A stretch of DNA of 63,900 nucleotides, counting the filler, from Vicugna vicugna (lineage: Eukaryota): the NCBI GenBank assembly GCA_013265495.1. It is 81 parts of 79 records of this genome, joined end to end, with 100 filler letters (N's around TTAATTAATTAA, not from the genome) between each part and the next. Parts side by side here need not be neighbours in the genome. Positions count along the whole stretch, not along the records: positions 1 to 939 come from PNXW01002585.1; positions 1,040 to 2,127 come from MU057975.1; positions 2,228 to 2,743 come from MU057976.1; positions 2,844 to 3,793 come from MU057977.1; positions 3,894 to 4,693 come from MU057979.1; positions 4,794 to 5,653 come from PNXW01002605.1; positions 5,754 to 6,237 come from PNXW01002606.1; positions 6,338 to 7,077 come from PNXW01002611.1; 73 more parts are not named here. One strand, given 5' to 3'. Both the position numbers and the translations under genes were made by a program. Every line of letters begins with the position of its first letter. The first letter of the stretch is position 1. The notes beneath the pieces are model-generated. The model searched no databases, was not told the DNA's origin, and saw nothing but the letters and a program-made list of their open reading frames with translations. This document shows positions 1 to 12,114 of the stretch, in pieces.

Positions 1-4
1 ACAG

Positions 5-194
5 GGGGGCTCATTCCCCTGGACGCCACCCTCTGCTTTGACGTGCTCCTGCTGGATGTGTGGGACAAGGTGGACACCATGCAGGTGAGCACCTTGCTGC
101 GCCCACGCCACTGCCCCTGCATGGTCCAGGACAGTGACTTTGTCCGCTACCACTACAACGGCATGCTGCTGGATGGCACCACCTTTGACAACAG
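5..194 (+). pseudogene. FKBP10: FKBP10 (FKBP65)-like exon from an intron-containing, probably degenerate copy
   Basis: AG at 3-4 and GTAAGG donor at 195; translates [63 protein letters not shown], matching the FKBP10 PPIase domain 1/2 junction as recalled. Confidence 0.85.
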
Positions 195-309
195 GTAAGG
201 GTTGGAGGGAGCCCTGGGGAGCTGGGGACTGTGGCAGGCAGGGGGCAGTCCGGGGGCCATCCTGTCTCTTCCAACAACAGCAGCCTCACCTCTACCTCCT
301 TTGCTGCAG

Positions 310-452
310 CTACAATAGGGGCGGCACTTACGACACCTACGTGGGTGGATGGATGATTAAGGGCATGGACCAGGGGCTGCTGGGAATGCGTCCAGGAGAG
401 AGAAGGAAGAGCATCATCCCTCCATTCCTGGCCTATGGCGCGAAAGGCTATG
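310..452 (+). pseudogene. FKBP10: FKBP10-like exon (PPIase domain 2)
   Basis: TTGCTGCAG acceptor and GTGAGG donor; [48 protein letters not shown]; one codon shorter than the recalled YVGSGWLIKG. Confidence 0.85.
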
Positions 453-819
453 GTGAGGGCAGCCAGGAGCGCAGGGGTTCTCTAGAAGTGGGCGGCCATA
501 TACAGTTACTCAGGCTGTACGCAAGGACATCTAGCCAAGGAGGCAAACAGGCATGAAACCTAGTACTTGGTGATCATCTCATTAAGAAGGGGTGCTTCAT
601 TCTGATTCACACAAAGGCTCAGTATGGGCAAGTGGTGGTCCTGGGGAAGCCTTAGCTCCGGCCTCACAGGGCAAGAACCAGGGCTGCTGATGGGTGGGAA
701 AGGACTCAGGAAAGCAGGCTTAGCACCTTTTTGCATGGCGCTCACGTAGACCTCCCTGAGTTGGGAAGAAGCCCGGCTTTGCTCTCCACTTGGATGGTTC
801 AAGCCTGTCCCTTCCCCAG

Positions 820-939
820 GGACTGTGATCCCCCCACAGGCCTCCCTGGTCTTCCATGTCCTACTGATTGATGTCCACAACCCAAAGGACACTGTCCAGC
901 TGGAGATGCTGGAGCTGCCGCTTGGCTGCATCTGGAGAG
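820..939 (+). pseudogene. FKBP10: FKBP10-like exon, truncated by scaffold end
   Basis: CCCTTCCCCAG acceptor; [40 protein letters not shown]; splice phases fit the previous exon. Confidence 0.85.
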
Positions 940-1039
940 NNNNNNNNNNNNNNNNNNNNNNNNNNNNNNNNNNNNNNNNNNNNTTAATTAATTAANNNNN
1001 NNNNNNNNNNNNNNNNNNNNNNNNNNNNNNNNNNNNNNN
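940..1039. other. Artificial scaffold-joining spacer N44-TTAATTAATTAA-N44 (first of about 80 copies)
   Basis: Same 100-bp structure between all unrelated fragments; the palindromic 12-mer has TAA stops in all six frames. Confidence 0.98.
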
Positions 1040-1225
1040 ATAGACAATATTATACTGTATAGCTCAGGGAAATATATACAAGATGTTGTGGTGGCCCATG
1101 GTGAAAAAGAATGTGACAATGAATATATGTGTGTTCATGTATAACTGAAAAATTGTGCTCCTCACTGGAAATTGACACAACATTGTAACTGACTATAACT
1201 CAGTAAAATAAAATTTAAAAAAAGA
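1040..1225 (+). mobile_element. L1 3' UTR end with A-rich tail
   Basis: ACTGTATAGCTCAGGGAAATATATACAA...GAAATTGACACAACATTGTAACTGACTATAACTC; homologous to 17099-17327. Confidence 0.8.
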
Positions 1226-2227
1226 GAAACTTTTATTTTGGAAAATAATAAATCACATCATTATCCCAACATCACTGAATGAGATTCAATGTGTGTAAAA
1301 TAACTTCTGTCTGGGTGTTATGTATTAGACTGCTCCCTCCAAATTCACTCTATTGAGACCTGTATAATTAATCCTATAAAATAATCATTGTGTTTTATAT
1401 TACCCTTTTTATTTAATCTCTGTTAAAGCTAGCAGCTCTACTTTTAATGAATAAGTATGTTCCAAGATATATGATGTGGATCATTTTAGATTATATATGT
1501 CTGCTATTCATTAATTATTAACAATATCAATAATATCTCAAAGGAATCCTTAGCAAATCAAATATATAAGTAATTTGCAGGCTGTGCTATCTGTATTTAG
1601 ACAGTGAAATTTGAAATATCTATGTAAATAACATGCTGCAGAATAACACACACATGTGAAAAATATAAATAAATGTTGTCTATAATATACATGGAATTTG
1701 CATTAATTTTATAGGATCAAATAAGGTAAATTGTGTAACAGAGAAAATGGGGAAGAAATAATTCCTTCTAAAATTATTAAGTGGAAGAAAAATATGAATA
1801 CCAGAAAATTAATTATATTTTGACATACAGTACAGTTAAANNNNNNNNNNNNNNNNNNNNNNNNNNNNNNNNNNNNNNNNNNNNNNNNNNNNNNNNNNNN
1901 NNNNNNNNNNNNNNNNNNNNNNNNNNNNNNNNNNNNNNNNNNNNNNNNNNNNNNNNNNNNNNNNNNNNNNNNNNNNNNNNNNNNNNNNNNNNNNNNNNNT
2001 TTGTCTCAATAGCTGACTCTGAGTACTTCATAGAAGTGGCATGATAGAGTATTTGCCTTTTTGTGAGAGGCTGATTTAACTTAGCATAACGTCCTTAAGT
2101 TTCACCCATGATGGAACGTAACGTATGNNNNNNNNNNNNNNNNNNNNNNNNNNNNNNNNNNNNNNNNNNNNTTAATTAATTAANNNNNNNNNNNNNNNNN
2201 NNNNNNNNNNNNNNNNNNNNNNNNNNN

Positions 2228-2700
2228 ATTTACATTTATTTTGAATAGCTATGGCTAGAATTTCCAATACTACAATGAATATAAGTGGTAAGAGTGAGCA
2301 CCCTTGTCTTCTTCCTGCTCTTATTGGAGATGCTTTAAGCTTTTAATCAGTGAGTGTCATGTTAGCTGAGTTCTTGTCATATAAGACCTTAACTGTTTTG
2401 AGGTATGTTTCCTCNNNNNNNNNNNNNNNNNNNNNNNNNNNNNNNNNNNNNNNNNNNNNNNNNNNNNNNNNNNNNNNNNNNNNNNNNNNNNNNNNNNNNN
2501 NNNNNNNNNNNNNNNNNNNNNNNNNNNNNNNNNNNNNNNNNNNNNNNNNNNNNNNNNNNNNNNNNNNNNNNNNNNNNNNNNNNNNNNNNNNNNNNNNTAA
2601 TCCTCTTAATGTATTGTTTGAGATGCTAACAATTTAGTGATGAATTTTGAATCTATACTAATCGCTAATATGTAACCTGTAATTTTTTGAGGTATTTATT
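2228..2700 (-). mobile_element. L1 ORF2 fragment (antisense)
   Basis: AAGTGGTAAGAGTGAGCACCCTTGTCTTCTTCCTGCTCTT is the antisense of the L1 RT RQGCxLLPL region. Confidence 0.75.
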
Positions 2701-2843
2701 CCTGTTTTAGTAGTAGTGTGATACAGAAATGTGGGGTAGGAAGNNNNNNNNNNNNNNNNNNNNNNNNNNNNNNNNNNNNNNNNNNNNTTAATTAATTAAN
2801 NNNNNNNNNNNNNNNNNNNNNNNNNNNNNNNNNNNNNNNNNNN

Positions 2844-3792
2844 GTTCTATATTATTTGTTCCAAATACTCTATTCTATGTTCTCTATTTTGTGTTCTACA
2901 TTCTATATTCTATATTCCATATTCTGCATTCCATATTCTATATTCTTTATTCTGTGTTCTACATTCTATATTCTAAATTCTATATTCAGTATTCTTTATT
3001 CTATATTCTAAATTCTGTGTTCTACATTCTTTACTCGAAATTTTATATTCAGTATTCTGTTTTTTATATTCTAATTTCTGTGTTCTGCATTCGATGTTCT
3101 CAATTCTGGGTTTTGTATTCTGTTTTCCATATTCTATATTCTGTGTTCTACATTCTATATTCTGTATTCTATATTCTGCTTTCCGTATTCTATATTCTAT
3201 ATTCTGTTTTCTACATTNNNNNNNNNNNNNNNNNNNNNNNNNNNNNNNNNNNNNNNNNNNNNNNNNNNNNNNNNNNNNNNNNNNNNNNNNNNNNNNNNNN
3301 NNNNNNNNNNNNNNNNNNNNNNNNNNNNNNNNNNNNNNNNNNNNNNNNNNNNNNNNNNNNNNNNNNNNNNNNNNNNNNNNNNNNNNNNNNNNNNNNNNNN
3401 NNNNNNNNNNNNNNNNNNNNNNNNNNNNNNNNNNNNNNNNNNNNNNNNNNNNNNNNNNNNNNNNNNNNNNNNNNNNNNNNNNNNNNNNNNNNNNNNNNNN
3501 NNNNNNNNNNNNNNNNNNNNNNNNNNNNNNNNNNNNNNNNNNNNNNNNNNNNNNNNNNNNNNNNNNNNNNNNNNNNNNNNNNNNNNNNNNNNNNNNNNNN
3601 NNNNNNNNNNNNNNNNNNNNNNNNNNNNNNNNNNNNNNNNNNNNNNNNNNNNNNNNNNNNNNNNNNNNNNNNNNNNNNNNNNNGGGTTCTATATAATCTA
3701 CCTTCTATATTCAGTGTTCAACATTCGATATTCTAAATACTATATTCTGCATTCTGTGTTCTATATTCTAAATTCTGTGTTCTACATTCTAT
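2844..3792 (+). repeat. Satellite E, degenerate 7-bp (TTCTATA/TTCTACA/TTCTGTG) repeat
   Basis: 7-bp periodicity throughout. Confidence 0.92.
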
Positions 3793-3893
3793 ANNNNNNN
3801 NNNNNNNNNNNNNNNNNNNNNNNNNNNNNNNNNNNNNTTAATTAATTAANNNNNNNNNNNNNNNNNNNNNNNNNNNNNNNNNNNNNNNNNNNN

Positions 3894-4693
3894 ACCTTTC
3901 ATCCACCAAACAAGGCATATATACCCTTAGAAATATTTTCTCTGAGTTCATAGATTTTTTCTATCACCCTGTTCTAAAATCGGACATACGGCACCAGAAA
4001 ACACTCTTTGAGCGAATTCTCACCAAAACACATGTAATTAACATTGTTTACATAACCATGGCATTCCGTATTCTGAACATGTTTCCTGCATCACGGATAC
4101 CTCAAACATGCATTTCTGAATTGTGAACATGCGCATGACTCATATTTNNNNNNNNNNNNNNNNNNNNNNNNNNNNNNNNNNNNNNNNNNNNNNNNNNNNN
4201 NNNNNNNNNNNNNNNNNNNNNNNNNNNNNNNNNNNNNNNNNNNNNNNNNNNNNNNNNNNNNNNNNNNNNNNNNNNNNNNNNNNNNNNNNNNNNNNNNNNN
4301 NNNNNNNNNNNNNNNNNNNNNNNNNNNNNNNNNNNNNNNNNNNNNNNNNNNNNNNNNNNNNNNNNNNNNNNNNNNNNNNNNNNNNNNNNNNNNNNNNNNN
4401 NNNNNNNNNNNNNNNNNNNNNNNNNNNNNNNNNNNNNNNNNNNNNNNNNNNNNNNNNNNNNNNNNNNNNNNNNNNNNNNNNNNNNNNNNNNNNNNNNNNN
4501 NNNNNNNNNNNNNNNTAACAGATATTTACATGAATTCCATCAACGTGGCATCCCGGGTTTTGTACATGCTACATGCATGATGGATTCGGGAAACATGCGT
4601 TTCTGAGTTGTGAACACGTGGATTACTGATCTTCCATCCACCAAACAAGCATATATACACGTAGAATTATTTACTCTGACTTCATAGGTTTTT
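3894..4693 (-). repeat. Satellite D
   Basis: Reverse complement of D motifs (CATGTAGCATGTAC, GTAATCCAC). Confidence 0.9.
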
Positions 4694-7177
4694 NNNNNNN
4701 NNNNNNNNNNNNNNNNNNNNNNNNNNNNNNNNNNNNNTTAATTAATTAANNNNNNNNNNNNNNNNNNNNNNNNNNNNNNNNNNNNNNNNNNNNTACCTTC
4801 AGACACTAGTGCAGGAGATGCCTTCTTGCCTGGCCCTCATACACCTGTTGCAGAAGGGCAACAGATTGGAATGAATACTGAGACCAGTACTTCTGCTAGG
4901 CAAAAAGAGCTCCCTCCTCCGTCTGGCTTCACTTCCAAGAGAGGCAGCATGTAAGTCTGGCCCAGCTACACTAACTTCCATTCTTTTGACTTTTATTTTC
5001 TTTTTCTTTTCCTTTTTTATATAGATACATGTTGCTAATTTCTTCTTTCTATTTTTTTAGTTATGTAAATAAGATCTCTAGTTTTCAAAGTAATTTCTGC
5101 TAGGTGTAATGTCCCCTAATTTTTTTGAATATTCAGAATAATTTAAATGAGATGTTCTTTGTTGAAATTGCTTTATCCTGTTTCTAAGTTTTAGGGTCTT
5201 TCTTAAAGATTATCATTTTTATAAAGGCTGAGATGTGAATTACAGACAAAATTTATTTAGAAACAAATGTAGGTTAAAGTGACACCTATAAAATCATTAT
5301 AACAAACAGAACCTTGAAGCCTCTCCAGTTTGCTCTGAATCATGGTACATCCTCATTCTAAGAGCCTGGGCAGGTGAGTAGAATTTTGCTGACACTTTTG
5401 AAGAAAAATGCAGATATCAATTACCAACTTAATACATTTTGAACTTTCCTAATTCTAAATTCTTTGCAGACATTGCTTGTCTGGGAAGAGTGTGTACACA
5501 AAGAATTGTTACTGTGTTATTAAAGAGTTGAAGTAGGGAACATTTCTTATCTATGATAATATTAACAAGACATTCTATTCAAACCAGATTTTATTTAGAA
5601 ATTGTTCGTAATTATCTTGAGAAGAAAGATTTTCCTACACAGGCCAGTGTGTGNNNNNNNNNNNNNNNNNNNNNNNNNNNNNNNNNNNNNNNNNNNNTTA
5701 ATTAATTAANNNNNNNNNNNNNNNNNNNNNNNNNNNNNNNNNNNNNNNNNNNNTCTAGAAGGAATGCTCACAACAGCCACTCACTTATCTGCAAGTGATT
5801 TAGGGTAACAGCTTCCTGAAATCCTCCCCACACGTCCTGATGAGCCAGGTGTCTGGTGTTTCTCTGGAAATCACTAGGCGCAGCCTGGAACTCAAAAGTA
5901 AAAATTAAAAACTGCAGTCAGGCAGCAAAGAGCCTGGCAGGACGTGTTGGACAAGAGTTGGTCAGAATCAACAAGGAATGGGGAGGGGATAGAACGTGTG
6001 CTGAGGACCCTGACTTCAAGGGTGGATTGTCTGTGTTGAGGACTCTGAGTCAGTATGAGTAGATGGATTGGTGTGGACTAAAATGGTGGCCATTGTTCAG
6101 ATAAGTGAATGATTTGGACTATATTTATTAGAGGAGGCTTTTTTTTTCCCCTTCAACATTTATCATTTCTAGGGAGCAGAAAAATACTAAACACATCTAA
6201 GTGCAAAAGAGATGCTACAGGATGATGGTGGTATGAANNNNNNNNNNNNNNNNNNNNNNNNNNNNNNNNNNNNNNNNNNNNTTAATTAATTAANNNNNNN
6301 NNNNNNNNNNNNNNNNNNNNNNNNNNNNNNNNNNNNNTCATTGTTGACACAACTTACTTTGGCTTTGAACACCCGTTGACTACTTTACTGAGCCTGAACC
6401 ACTGACTTATTCCCATTTACCTTGAAATTGCAATAAACTTTCTTCCTTGTACTTCCTGGAATAGAGTGTGCATAGTCATCATTTTGAAAGCAGTCCTCAT
6501 TCCTAATAATTCAGAACATTTTCACTTCTTTGCCCAGAACTTGAGCAAGAATGTTTGTTGTGGATCTCAGGGATTACCATCAAATTCCCTAATGCAACCA
6601 TGAGAACACACCACAATGTTATCTATAATCAAGTCTTTGTCAGTATTGCATTCCCATTGCAAAACAGTTAAGTATTTTAGGAGTTCTGAGATTTCACCAT
6701 GGTGAGATTTTTAGCAACCTAGCATGTGCATTTCTTACAGATAATGTCGGGGACATGAGACCATTGATCAGAGACAGTGAATTTTACCACTTACAGCAAC
6801 AGCAGCCAGTGTTAAATCTGTATCCATTAACTAATCTCAGATGAATACACAGAGTGAAATTTTGATGCCTACAGAATCAGTGGGCTGTTAACATTAAGAA
6901 AGTTTAAGCATGGTAAAATACTAATTTTATTAGTATCTTTATGTATAATTTATTAGAATCCCTAAATCCTTTATAGTATCTTTACCTAGAATAATTATAT
7001 CATGACCCAAGTTTACTTGCTGCAAAAACAGCCATGATAAATGACATGGGAAAACATTACCATTTATTTGCCATTGTNNNNNNNNNNNNNNNNNNNNNNN
7101 NNNNNNNNNNNNNNNNNNNNNTTAATTAATTAANNNNNNNNNNNNNNNNNNNNNNNNNNNNNNNNNNNNNNNNNNNN

Positions 7178-7500
7178 GTCAATCTGATTTTGCAGGGTTC
7201 CCAGGGTTTCTACTATTTGTAGGAGATTGTGGCTGAATTCACCTGCAAGCTGATAATAGTAATAAGAGGAAGAGGCTATGCCACTAATTCCTGTGCCTAC
7301 CCCTGCTGCCACTCCGAGCCCCACTAGCAAGGGGATCAATTGTATAGCTCTTTTTATTCTCCATGGATACTGGTGAGTTATGACACGGATATGTAGACTT
7401 TGATTATTAGGCATAATGTCCATTTGGGGAGTGAGATATGCCACAGCACACAACCCTGCCCTCCCAGCAGAGAGGTGTTGAGTCAGTGTGTACGTATGTT
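7178..7500 (-). mobile_element. env: Endogenous retrovirus env fragment (gamma-type SU/TM junction)
   Basis: LCAVAYLTPQMDIMPNNQSL, furin site RIKR (7349-7360), fusion peptide AIQLIPLLVGLGVAAGVGTG, heptad region ending TLQNQID. Confidence 0.88.
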
Positions 7501-7609
7501 TTTCAGAGTTTACATATCCATTGACATGTCTTCCTCCGAAAATATCGCTCATGGTTTGTTCTCCCACAGATGGACACTAGCTAGAATATCTATTAAAAAT
7601 ATTTGCGCA

Positions 7610-7931
7610 TATGATGAGCAAAAGTGCTTTTTCATTATTTTAGTTTGCATTTGATGACCAGTGATGTATTGAGCATTTTTCACTCATTAGCCATTTGACT
7701 TTTTTAAAATGAATGATTCCTTTTATCCTTTGCACACATTTAAGTGAGGGACCTTCTTGTTGCTTTGTGACAGCTCTTTGTATGTTATGAACATTAACTT
7801 CTTGTCTTCATCAACATGACAGAGCTTTTTCATTTCTTGCCTTTCATTTTGTTCAGGAGGATTTTAATTTTGGTTGTGTCTCTAAGTATTCTTATGATAG
7901 TAAATGTCTTCCTTATGGGTTTTATCTTTGA
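7610..7931 (-). mobile_element. Old L1 ORF2 fragment (antisense)
   Basis: TTTGCATTTGATGACCAGTGATGTATTGAGCATTTTTCA resembles 32280-32330. Confidence 0.65.
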
Positions 7932-9607
7932 NNNNNNNNNNNNNNNNNNNNNNNNNNNNNNNNNNNNNNNNNNNNTTAATTAATTAANNNNNNNNNNNNN
8001 NNNNNNNNNNNNNNNNNNNNNNNNNNNNNNNACTTTTTACATGACACAGCACTGCGTCTCAGCAGGATCTGGTCACATTTCTTTTAAAAGTAGCCTTCCA
8101 TGGCAGGGGACACCCACTCTGAATTTTAATTCTAATCAAACTATCACAGCAGTTAAGCTCATTTCTCATAGGGCAGAGGCAGAGTTTAGTGACCTTGTTT
8201 CTGGTATCACTTCTCTGCTCTGTGGACTCCCTCCTGCCCTCATTTCATTTTGTGTGAATGGACAAGTGAGGAAGTGTGTTGTCTTTTGTTAGACAATCAC
8301 TTAACTTCCTCCAGTTCTTTTTCTTTCATTGACTCTTTTCTCTATACTTAATTTTTTAGCTCCTTGATCAACAAATTCTTTCTCATTTCTTTTCTCTGCA
8401 GCAAAATGCATTATTTAATAGTTACAAACTGACAATACAGTTTTGCAGAGGAAAAGATATTAATCTTACACTCAATCCATGTAAAAGTGTGATCTACATT
8501 TTGCANNNNNNNNNNNNNNNNNNNNNNNNNNNNNNNNNNNNNNNNNNNNTTAATTAATTAANNNNNNNNNNNNNNNNNNNNNNNNNNNNNNNNNNNNNNN
8601 NNNNNAAAGGTATTAAAGCTGCTTTTGAAAAGAGGCATTCACCGTTACTGTAAATGCTAACTTTTTAAATTTAATGACTATAATATGTAAATGTGTATTT
8701 TCCAAATAAGGAACTTCAAAATATCGTCAGCATTCTTCATATTTGATGATATTATCTTTGCAGTGTAAACGTGAAATCTGAGGTTATATAGTTCAGGCTT
8801 TTTTAGAGTTGTGAAGTGTTGTATTTTGGTTCAAATTATTACTAAAATGTTTCTCCTTTGGTTGTAACTGCAGTTCTACCATAATCCAAATTTTAAACGA
8901 GGCTGTCCCCAGATTTTAATGAGAATAAAAAGAAGGGTTGGGATTAAATGTACCCCTCTGGTATCTCAATAGGCTGAAGATTTCAACAAGAAGCAATATA
9001 AAGCAGTGGGTAATGTGGTATTCATAATTCTGGTTTTGTGGCCTGACACTAGTGGAGAAAGTGCATTTTTACCTCTGCAAATTTAAACATGACTCTAATA
9101 AGAAAGCCCTCTACTAGCCACATAATTGGTGATACAAATACCACATTTAGATGTGATTTTTCTCCTCCATCATCAATTTCATTTAGACCACCAGGAGAAA
9201 TTGCAGTGGATCAACGTGGTATTTTAAATCAGTTGACCACTCCCCACGGGCACTCTCAAAGCAGCTACACTGAAGCAAATGGCCGTGTTGTGAACTTCAT
9301 TTCAACTAGAACTTCTACCTCTCAGTACAGCATCTTGTCTCCCAAAAAGGAATTAATTTGGACAGATGGTGGAGCCTTCTGTTTTTCCAAATAGATATCA
9401 CAACCTATCTGCCATTGAAGGTCACTTTTCTAAACTTCAAGCAGGGATGAACCCACATTTTCCAGTGCAAGTGATAGCTGATACATCAGCTACCTCTCTT
9501 TCAAGGCNNNNNNNNNNNNNNNNNNNNNNNNNNNNNNNNNNNNNNNNNNNNTTAATTAATTAANNNNNNNNNNNNNNNNNNNNNNNNNNNNNNNNNNNNN
9601 NNNNNNN

Positions 9608-10158
9608 CCGGAATAAAGAATTGTGGTGGGGAATTGTGTATCCCCACACCACGTAGATGGATTTGGGCACAGTTGTTCCCCTTTAAGAAGAATTCATCTA
9701 AATACTAGCTCAGTCCATCGGGGGGCACTCGCTACTATTTGGCCTCAAAGCCCAACCCCCAGCTTTCCTTCAGAGCCAGGCCTAGGGAAACACTCAGGGA
9801 TTACAAGCTAAGGGATTATATTAGANNNNNNNNNNNNNNNNNNNNNNNNNNNNNNNNNNNNNNNNNNNNNNNNNNNNNNNNNNNNNNNNNNNNNNNNNNN
9901 NNNNNNNNNNNNNNNNCTTTATGTGGGCACAGTTATTCACAGGTTGATGATGTATTTTAAACAGATTCACTGCCCATAGAGAGGCAATGGCTATTACTTG
10001 GATTTAGAGCCCAAACCCCACCTTAGCTCAAAGCCCGGCCTAGGAGTACATATAAGGAAGAAAAGCTAAGGAATACTATTAGATCCCTGGTGCTTGTGTT
10101 AGTTGGAGGAGCTTCCCCAAACTCAGGAAACGAGAACAATTCTTCGCACGTGTGCTGG
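9608..10158 (+). repeat. Satellite B
   Basis: Near-identical reverse complement of 14178-14710. Confidence 0.88.
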
Positions 10159-10258
10159 NNNNNNNNNNNNNNNNNNNNNNNNNNNNNNNNNNNNNNNNNN
10201 NNTTAATTAATTAANNNNNNNNNNNNNNNNNNNNNNNNNNNNNNNNNNNNNNNNNNNN

Positions 10259-10989
10259 AATACATAAACTCCTTTCCCCTGAGGGTTTTCCTAATGTCTC
10301 TGTTCCAGGGAATCCTAGCGGGTTTGCAGGATAACCCAGTGTCAGAGGCTGCATCCCCAAGGTCAGGGAAGGTATTTCTCGGACTTCCCCGAACAGGGAA
10401 CACCTGTGACTGAAGAGAGCTGAGTGGAGTTGTCTCTCGATTTCCAACACGCACTGACAATGATTCCGGAATCCTGAGCTTGGGAGGTTCCACCAACCGT
10501 CGGCAGCGCGTGGGTTCTAACGGAATGCCTAATCTCGTCTCCCATGAGGGTTTTCCTAATGTCTATATGCCAGGGAATGCTAGGGTGGATTCTAGGATAT
10601 CCCAGTGACACAGGCCGCCTCCCCAAGGTCAGGGAAGATATTTCTCGGACTTCCCCGTACAGGGAACACCTGTGACTGAAGAGAGCTGCGTGGAGTTTTC
10701 CTTACTTCGAAATCCCCCACGCACTGACAATGCTTCCCGAATCCTGAGCGTGGGCAGGTTCCAACAACGGTCGACAGCGCGTGGCTTCTAACGGAATGCC
10801 TAAGGTCGTCTCCCCTGAGGGTTTTCCTATTGTCTCTCTGTCAGGGTATGCTAGGGGTTATTGCAGGATATCCCAGTGTCAGAAGTTGCCTCCCCTAGGT
10901 CAGGGAAGATGTTTCTCGGACTTCCCTGAACAGGGAACACGTGTGACTGAATAGAGGTGCGTGGACTTGTCTTTCGAGCTCCCCCACGC
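10259..10989 (-). repeat. Satellite A (267-bp monomer)
   Basis: Tandem CAGGGAACACCTGTGACTGAAGAGAGCTG units. Confidence 0.95.
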
Positions 10990-11089
10990 NNNNNNNNNNN
11001 NNNNNNNNNNNNNNNNNNNNNNNNNNNNNNNNNTTAATTAATTAANNNNNNNNNNNNNNNNNNNNNNNNNNNNNNNNNNNNNNNNNNNN

Positions 11090-11388
11090 TTCTGTTCCCT
11101 GAGTGTTCCTTTAGGCCAGGCCATGAGGGAAAGGGGGTTTGGGCTTGGAGGCCAAGTAGATGTGAGTGCCCCCTGATCCACTGAGGAAGTACTTAGAGGA
11201 CTTCTCCCTAAACGGAACAGCTTTTCTTCCATTCATCTGGGTGGAGTGGGGCTGCACATCTCTCCCACACCTAAGAATGTGTTCTGGAATTCTGAGTGCA
11301 GGGAAGTTCCTCCAACTGACAGCAGCGCCTGGGTTCTAATTGAATCCCTTTGCTTGTCTTCCCTGATGGAAAGCCTAGGCGGGAGTGC
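11090..11388 (-). repeat. Satellite B
   Basis: Start matches 41573-41680 almost exactly. Confidence 0.85.
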
Positions 11389-11488
11389 NNNNNNNNNNNN
11401 NNNNNNNNNNNNNNNNNNNNNNNNNNNNNNNNTTAATTAATTAANNNNNNNNNNNNNNNNNNNNNNNNNNNNNNNNNNNNNNNNNNNN

Positions 11489-12014
11489 TTAAGGTGGGGT
11501 TGGGCACTAAACTAAAGTAACAGCGAGTGCCTCTCTATGAGCAGTGGAAGTGTTTAACTGCATCCCCAACCTGGGAACACCTGTGCCCCCAGAAAGATGC
11601 GTGGACTCTGTTTCCCTCCTCCAGCACACACACGGCATTGGGTTCACATGTCTTGAGGGTGGGGAGGTTCTTCCCACTAACAGCAGCGCCTGGGTTTTAA
11701 TACAATACATTAACTTGTATCCATGATGTATTGATAAGGCCGGTGTGAGGGGGAAAGTTGGGATTTTGCTCTAAACCAAGTATTAGCAAGAGCCTATCCT
11801 TGGGATGTGTGTGTTTGAACTACAACCCACAACCATGGAATAACTGTGCCCCCTGAAAAATGCGTGTGCTATGTTTTCCCACCTACAGAACACACAGGAA
11901 GAAGATTTCTGGGGTTCTGAGTGTGGGTAGGCTCCTCAAAATGACAGCAGGGCCTGGGTTCTAATACATTCCATTAACTTGTTTTCACTGATGGCTAGCC
12001 TAGGCGGGAGTGCG
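11489..12014 (-). repeat. Satellite B
   Basis: Two diverged monomers; similar to 41155-41580. Confidence 0.85.
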
Positions 12015-12114
12015 NNNNNNNNNNNNNNNNNNNNNNNNNNNNNNNNNNNNNNNNNNNNTTAATTAATTAANNNNNNNNNNNNNNNNNNNNNNNNNNNNNN
12101 NNNNNNNNNNNNNN

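Noticed and set aside
134..556. 140-aa ORF as a standalone gene
   Set aside because: It reads through FKBP10-like introns; only 310-452 is in the exon frame
2891..3736. YILYSVF-rich ORFs (also 43445-44237 and 60623-61791)
   Set aside because: Translations of the 7-bp satellite E extended through N gaps
8880..9507. Possible processed pseudogene (ORFs 9089-9394 and 9366-9563)
   Set aside because: No recognisable protein motif in the frames I translated; needs BLASTX
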